Shown: piece after piece, positions 17,957 to 22,903 of the stretch | Layout: every line of letters begins with the position of its first letter | Numbering within the stretch: the stretch's first letter is position 1 | From: Deltaproteobacteria bacterium | GTDB lineage: Bacteria; Myxococcota; JACRCW01 | DNA: 22,903 nt | Direction of reading: 5' to 3' | Assembly: GCA_016218805.1 (NCBI GenBank) | Contig: JACRCW010000039.1 | Location: 62,001 to 84,903, forward strand | Translations under genes and position numbers: made by a program | The notes under the pieces: model-generated | Told to the model about the DNA's origin: nothing | What the model saw: only the letters and a program-made list of their open reading frames with translations | Databases searched by the model: none

Positions 17957-19218
17957 GCCACCACGCGGAACGGCGAGCTCCCGCACGCCACCACCGTGGG
18001 CGCCAGCGGCGCAACACTGGACCCCGGTGCAAAGTCCGTGGGGCCGCACCCCGTGGGAATGTCCACACACAACTGGTCACCCAGCGCGGCGGTGGTCCCG
18101 AAGCGGCAGAGCTTCGCGGCGCCGACGTTGAAGTAGTAGACGTACTTCCCACGCCGGTCGATCTTGGCGCGGATGGCGCCGAGGCCGGCGGGCAGGTCCA
18201 GGCTCAGCAAGGTGCGGCGCGCGGCCAGCTGGGCCCCGTTGGCGGCGGCGGTCAGGTCCGGTCCGTGGAACACCGCAGCCGTCCGCTGCGAGCCATCCAG
18301 AACCACCACGGGCTGCAGCGCGGGGCTGGCGCCCACGGTGGGGCGGCCGCTGACAATGAGCTCCGGATTGGGGAAGCCCACGTAGGGCAGCTGGCCCTGC
18401 AGGGTGAACGTGTTGCCGGCAAACGTCAGGTAGCGCAGCTCGCTGGGGGTGGGGCTGACGGCCACCGCCGCGGTGACCTTGGAGGGGCTCCCGCTTTCAA
18501 TCAGGCCCATTCCGTTGTTCTGGTCCTGGGCGTTGGGTGGCTGGATGGGTGTGATGATGCCCGCCGTGGGGAAGGTGAACGCCTGGCCGCCCGTGCCAAA
18601 CGCCGCCACCACCAGCGCCATGTCCGTGTGGTCCCCGACGACGCCGGCGGTGCCCATGGCGAATGCACCCGCCACCAGCGCACCGGTGGAAGACGAGAAC
18701 ACCCGCACCGCCGATGGCGACACGCTGCACCCCGCAATCAGAAACCCGTTGCGCAGCACCAGGTCCCGGTTGGTGCAGTTGCCCTGGCTGGCGCCCAGGT
18801 CCACGGCAATGGGCGCGGCACCCGTGTACGGCAGACTGAAGGTGTCCACGTGCATGGTGCCCACGCCGCCGCCGCTGGCGACCACCAGCTGCGTGAACGT
18901 CTCATCAAACGCCACGCCGGTGGGCGCCTGCGTCAGGCTGATGCTGAACGGCGAAGCATCCCCGGAGGTCCCGCCATCCCCGGAGCTGCTGCCGCCGTCC
19001 GCCCCGCCGTCCGTCCCGCCGGAGGAGCTGGCCCCCGCATCCCGGCCTCCGGAACTGGTGTTCCCGGTCACGGGGTCCAGTGTGTCCTGGCAGGATCCGC
19101 TGACGCAGGTGGCGCCCTCACCGCACTGGCTGCTGGTGATGCACGGCGTGCTCGGGCAGCCCGTTCCCCACGCCGCAAGCCCGCCCACCAGCGACAACCC
19201 CACCAACGCGCGCCTCAT
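17941..19218 (-). CDS. Lipoprotein with a Cys-rich N-terminal module, Gly/Ser linker and probable beta-propeller
   Basis: ATG 19218 with AGGAGG RBS. Signal peptide ending GTGC. CITSSQCGEGATCVSGSC module. SSSGGxDAG linker. Beta-strand repeats (PTGVAFD, IDRRGKYVY, GPTDFA). Confidence 0.7.
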   Translation of the reverse strand: MRRALVGLSLVGGLAAWGTGCPSTPCITSSQCGEGATCVSGSCQDTLDPVTGNTSSGGRDAGASSSGGTDGGADGGSSSGDGGTSGDASPFSISLTQAPTGVAFDETFTQLVVASGGGVGTMHVDTFSLPYTGAAPIAVDLGASQGNCTNRDLVLRNGFLIAGCSVSPSAVRVFSSSTGALVAGAFAMGTAGVVGDHTDMALVVAAFGTGGQAFTFPTAGIITPIQPPNAQDQNNGMGLIESGSPSKVTAAVAVSPTPSELRYLTFAGNTFTLQGQLPYVGFPNPELIVSGRPTVGASPALQPVVVLDGSQRTAAVFHGPDLTAAANGAQLAARRTLLSLDLPAGLGAIRAKIDRRGKYVYYFNVGAAKLCRFGTTAALGDQLCVDIPTGCGPTDFAPGSSVAPLAPTVVACGSSPFRVVAWPAF

Positions 19219-19307
19219 GGCGACCTCCTGGCCCGCCCGGCGGCGGCGCCCATGCGGGGGGAAGTTGGACGGCGCGGGGGGGTTCGTCAACTTTCCCGAC
19301 GGGCGGG

Positions 19308-19742
19308 TCAGCCGCGCTCCAGCCGCAACGTGGTCCCGCCGATCCGGATGACGTCCCCCGGGTCCAGGTCCGCGTCCTGCACGTGCTGGCCGTTGACCTC
19401 CGTCCCGTTGGTGCTCATCAGGTCCACCACGGACACCGCCCCGCGCGTGTCCACAAACACCATGGCGTGCGTGCGGGACACCCCGTCATCCTGCAGTTCC
19501 ACGTCCGGCCCGCGCCGCGTCAGGCGTGACCGAACCGCCTGCCCGCCGGTGGCGCGCGTCACCAGCTGCATCCGGTCCGGGTCCAGCGCGCGCGCCCCGT
19601 CCACGGTGAGCTGCACGGTGGCGTCCGCGGCGGACACCGCGCGGCCCAGCACGCGGTAGGCGCCTTCCAGCAGCGGGTAGCGCATGCCGGACTGCGCGCG
19701 TGAGGGGGACTCAACAATGAGGAGGTGCCAGGCCGGTGCCAT
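19308..19742 (-). CDS. Stand-alone FHA domain protein
   Basis: FHA hallmarks LGR, VSRTHA, VVDLMSTNGT, LDPGDVIRIG. Confidence 0.88.
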   Translation of the reverse strand: MAPAWHLLIVESPSRAQSGMRYPLLEGAYRVLGRAVSAADATVQLTVDGARALDPDRMQLVTRATGGQAVRSRLTRRGPDVELQDDGVSRTHAMVFVDTRGAVSVVDLMSTNGTEVNGQHVQDADLDPGDVIRIGGTTLRLERG

Positions 19743-19751
19743 GGGGCCTGC

Positions 19752-19825
19752 TGGATAGCACACCTTTCCGTGATGCCGCCTCGCGCGGGCCACCCTTGAG
19801 CCCGGTTGTCCCAGGCTGCTATGTG
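19752..19825. promoter_or_regulatory. Putative divergent promoters
   Basis: Plus strand: TTGAGC (19796)-N18-TATGTG (19820) with extended TG. Minus strand: TGCTATCCA (19760-19752) just ahead of the FHA ATG. Confidence 0.3.
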
Positions 19826-19853
19826 CCCCGGCCTCAACGGCAACGGGGATCCC

Positions 19854-20594
19854 ATGGTCAATCTCACCTCATTCGGCAAGCCGGTGACCGCGCGCACGCA
19901 GGCCGCCAAGTACGTCAAGGAGCGCGCGGACCTGCTGGCGAAGTACCTCTCCAAGCACGGCCTGGAGTCCGACCTGGACGCCATCATCGAGTTCGGCGGC
20001 GTTGCCCAGGCGCTCAACTCCGCCCAGGGGCAGTCGCTCGGTGCGGGCAAGGGGGCCACCGGAGACGTGCAGGCACGGTTTGTTGCCCTGCAACAGTCCT
20101 ACAACGACGTCATGGCCGGGCTGTTGGCGGTCATCGGCGACCTCAAGCGGGCCAAGCCGCAAAAGCCTGACGTCATCACGGAGGCCGAACGCATCTACAA
20201 GAATGAGTCCGCCCTCCTCATCACCATCACGGAGACCGACGGCGGCAAAAAGGGCGAAGCGGCGCGCTCCAAAGCCCAAGAAGCGCTGCGGGCAGAGATC
20301 TGGAAGGACGCTGACGCACTGCTCTCCTTCAAGGGCGGCAAGGCGGCCCTGGAGAAGCGGGGACTCACCACGGACGCCCTCACGGCCCTGAAGACCAATG
20401 CGGACGACCTGGCCGGTTCCCTCGCGACCCGCACCGCCAAGAAAGGTGCGTCCAAGAACGTCACGGTCCAGGAACGCCAGGCCGTTGCGGACCAGGCGGA
20501 CTACTGGGGGTCCTGCTACCGGATTCTCGCGCTGACAGCGGAGAATGATGAATCACTCAAGGGGCTGTTGAAGACCGCACGCCGGCCCCGCTGA
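19854..20594 (+). CDS. Hypothetical all-alpha, Lys/Ala-rich cytoplasmic protein (246 aa)
   Basis: Strong GC3 codon bias. ATG 19854 preceded by GGGGA. Amphipathic helical pattern. No family recognised. Confidence 0.8.
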   Translation: MVNLTSFGKPVTARTQAAKYVKERADLLAKYLSKHGLESDLDAIIEFGGVAQALNSAQGQSLGAGKGATGDVQARFVALQQSYNDVMAGLLAVIGDLKRAKPQKPDVITEAERIYKNESALLITITETDGGKKGEAARSKAQEALRAEIWKDADALLSFKGGKAALEKRGLTTDALTALKTNADDLAGSLATRTAKKGASKNVTVQERQAVADQADYWGSCYRILALTAENDESLKGLLKTARRPR

Positions 20595-20623
20595 ACCAGA
20601 GGGCAAGCGCCCTCCCCTCTGGT
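20595..20623 (+). terminator. Stem-loop immediately after the stop codon
   Basis: ACCAGAGGG (20595-20603) / CCCTCTGGT (20615-20623): perfect 9-bp stem, no U-tract. Confidence 0.4.
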
Positions 20624-21043
20624 GGGTCACACCCCTTGAAACGAAGGCGATTGGAAGGGGGCGCGCATGGCGTCCGGTCGTTCGCTGTTCACGTGTCTTT
20701 CCGGGCTTTCCCAACTCAGCGTTGTTGAACCTCGTAGCGGACACCTTCGGCGTGTCGCCATCAGCCACCAGCGCGCTGGTTTCCCTCCGGCAACTGCTGA
20801 GACTGTCCACTCGAAGGCACCTGCGCGCCCGAGGCCCAAGAAACAGCTCGCGCCGGGGTCTGAGCCGATTGCCATTCGGGTCCATCTCCGCAGGAGGCAA
20901 CAGCTACCGACACCGACACATGAAGCAAGAGACCCTCGCCCACCAACCAGCGCCCGCGACAACGGGTAGACAGCACGAGCCCTCACTGCTTGCCGCGCAC
21001 CAGGCCGCACAAGACGGAGAGCCACCCGCACGATTGGGACAAC

Positions 21044-22096
21044 ATGATCAAGCCGACGATCTTCATTAGTCACTCGCCCTTGGACGCCGCCTTTGTCGGT
21101 CGACTGAAGACCATGATTTCAGACCGGACTGGATGTGTCCTTGACATATTCGTGTCAAGCGACGGTCAGAGCATTCCGTTTGGACGAAACTGGGTCTTGC
21201 GGCTGGAGGAGGCGCTGAGGGAATGCAAGGCAATGATCGTTCTTCTGACTCCAGCGTCGCTCGAGTCGCGGTGGATATTCTTTGAGGCTGGCCACGCCTA
21301 CGCAATGAAGATACGCGTGATTCCAATCGGCGCTTTGAGCGTGGACATGACAAAGGTACCCCCGCCACTGGGACTCCTCCAGGGATTCAACCTCAAATCC
21401 GAGGACGGCCTGAACAACATCATTGGCGTAGTCAACGAGCTCTTCGGACACAACCACAAAGCCTCCTTCTCGGCGGCCGACTACGCGTCGCTCATCGCCG
21501 GAACCGCGGCGGGCCACGCCGGACCGCTCAACGAGTTCGTTGGGGTGATAGATGAAATCGAGACCACACTGCATGTGCCCTTTGTCGACCTGCGGCGTGT
21601 CTTGGAGCGCTATTTCACCGCCAACGCGACTCAGTACTCGGTCCACGACTTGGCCATCAACACGTTCGGAGTACGATTCCGTTCCTTCCATGATGACCAA
21701 CGAGAGACCCTTGTTGAGATTGACCCGAGGATGTTCAGCGAGGCATTGGGCATACTGCACTCCCTCCAGACACCCGACGGAGCTTCGCTGCTCGGCGACC
21801 AGGAAACGGCCATTCGCTTCAACATGGCCATCCGCCGCATTCCCCGACACCACAGCATGACGGCGGCACTGCATGGTACAGGCGTCACGATCGAGAAGGA
21901 CGGGCGCTTTCGACTTGGAAACACGATTTTTTCAGTTGACACGAGAAGGGAGATGACCATTGTTGGCAGCGAACCCATCTTCAAGTCGATGGAGGTGGTT
22001 CTTTCGATCGGCACGCAGGAATGTCTTCCAGATGAGACCTCGATCGCAGACATCCTCCGGATCTTGTTTGATCGCTGCATTCTCGGTCCCGATTGA
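21044..22096 (+). CDS. TIR domain protein (TIR_2-like) with an unknown C-terminal domain
   Basis: IFISHS, IFVSSDGQSIPFGRNW, LEEALREC, IVLLTPASLESRWIFFEAG (putative catalytic Glu81, codon 21284-21286), RVIPI. GC is clearly below the flanking core genes. Confidence 0.9.
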   Translation: MIKPTIFISHSPLDAAFVGRLKTMISDRTGCVLDIFVSSDGQSIPFGRNWVLRLEEALRECKAMIVLLTPASLESRWIFFEAGHAYAMKIRVIPIGALSVDMTKVPPPLGLLQGFNLKSEDGLNNIIGVVNELFGHNHKASFSAADYASLIAGTAAGHAGPLNEFVGVIDEIETTLHVPFVDLRRVLERYFTANATQYSVHDLAINTFGVRFRSFHDDQRETLVEIDPRMFSEALGILHSLQTPDGASLLGDQETAIRFNMAIRRIPRHHSMTAALHGTGVTIEKDGRFRLGNTIFSVDTRREMTIVGSEPIFKSMEVVLSIGTQECLPDETSIADILRILFDRCILGPD

Positions 22097-22365
22097 GCGG
22101 ACCTTGAGCGACGCGTCATCCTTCTCGTAACCCGCGTTGGAATCTTGCCGCTTTCGTTTCACGAACAACGCACGAGCCACAGGCTGTCCCTCATACGGGG
22201 CCAGGTTGGAACCACCGTGGCGTCAGACGGCGGACGGCATGATGCGTATCGGCCCGCGTGTGCGCTTGGGCAACTCTTTGTGCCCACCGGGTCGGCCTCG
22301 GCACAGGAGGCTGCCGCGCACATCTCGTCGCTGCAGGCAACTCTAGTCCAAGACGGAGGTGCACC

Positions 22366-22821
22366 ATGACCATCGTGGAGTTCTTTCGAACGGCGTTCAC
22401 CGAAGCCGAGCTCATGCAGCGCCGCGCGTCGATGTCCAATGAGGAGTGGACGCTTCACCTCGGCCGAGCAGCTGCCGAGTGCGCCGGCCGAGTCGGGCTC
22501 TACTGTGCGACGAAGGGAGCCCCGGACGCCTTTGGCCGTGCCGAGTACTTCACCCTCGACGTCACAATGATGGAAGCCGGCCACCCGACTGACCCTGTCA
22601 CCGAGGTGAGCTACCCGCCGCCCGCCATAACGATGGAGTTCGAGAACCTCCCTGAGAAGATCACCTACGATTACTGGAAGCTCGTATGCGTGAGGTCCGC
22701 GCTCCGCGTTCTTGTCTACGTGCTTCCCGACTACGAGACGGCTAACGCAGCTGTTCTCGCCAGACTGGTGTTGTCTCTCACACTGCAGTCCAGGGCAGAG
22801 GGTGTTTCTTCCCGGTCTTGA
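22366..22821 (+). CDS. Hypothetical protein, possible PD-(D/E)XK restriction-endonuclease-like fold
   Basis: GGAGGT RBS (22355-22360) 5 nt before the ATG. Motif order EYFTLDV...AITMEFEN...YDYWKL...ALRVLVY. The ORF is likely real; the fold assignment is inference. Confidence 0.55.
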   Translation: MTIVEFFRTAFTEAELMQRRASMSNEEWTLHLGRAAAECAGRVGLYCATKGAPDAFGRAEYFTLDVTMMEAGHPTDPVTEVSYPPPAITMEFENLPEKITYDYWKLVCVRSALRVLVYVLPDYETANAAVLARLVLSLTLQSRAEGVSSRS

Positions 22822-22903
22822 CCAACGCGCGGACACGTGAGGGCGCGGGGAAGGCCGGGAATTGGCTGCAAGGGAACGCGGGGATGATGATGGAGGGGGA
22901 AAG

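Noticed and set aside
15550..18136. Plus-strand ORFs of 490 and 572 aa
   Set aside because: Antisense to the TPR and tlyA genes, low complexity, no motifs.
20920..21069. 49-aa ORF (MKQETLAH...) overlapping the TIR start
   Set aside because: The nearest GGAGG is over 20 nt away, the codon bias is weak and there is no recognisable motif.
22159..22836. 225-aa minus-strand ORF
   Set aside because: Antisense to the plus-strand ORF, which has a well-placed GGAGGT RBS and a protein-like motif pattern.
20595..22903. Integron attC sites, CRISPR array, retron or tRNA at the island edge
   Set aside because: No paired RYYYAAC/GTTRRRY boxes at gene ends (GCTAAC at 22741 is in-frame coding), no regularly spaced repeats, and no reverse transcriptase, integrase or cloverleaf seen.

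Overview
High-GC (about 70-75% by eye) chromosomal segment that looks like Myxococcota/deltaproteobacterial DNA (inferred from gene content). Bases 1-19742 hold 13 co-oriented minus-strand genes, many translationally coupled. In transcription order: FHA protein, Cys-rich lipoprotein, tlyA, TPR lipoprotein, LolB-like lipoprotein, two tandem ATPase-less MshEN (c-di-GMP receptor type) proteins, an orphan OppD/OppF ATPase pair, a FadF-type membrane Fe-S oxidoreductase, an M16 peptidase, a 1336-aa invasin/Ig-like lipoprotein, and a pseudo-receiver protein cut by the window edge and absent from the ORF track. From 19854 the genes switch to the plus strand: a helical hypothetical protein, then a lower-GC (about 55-60%) accessory stretch with a TIR protein carrying an unknown C-terminal domain and a small PD-(D/E)XK-like protein. 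The best novelty candidates are this possible anti-phage pair and the short/long MshEN pair with a roughly 950-aa Trp-motif disordered linker. All calls come from motif recognition; no database searches were run.
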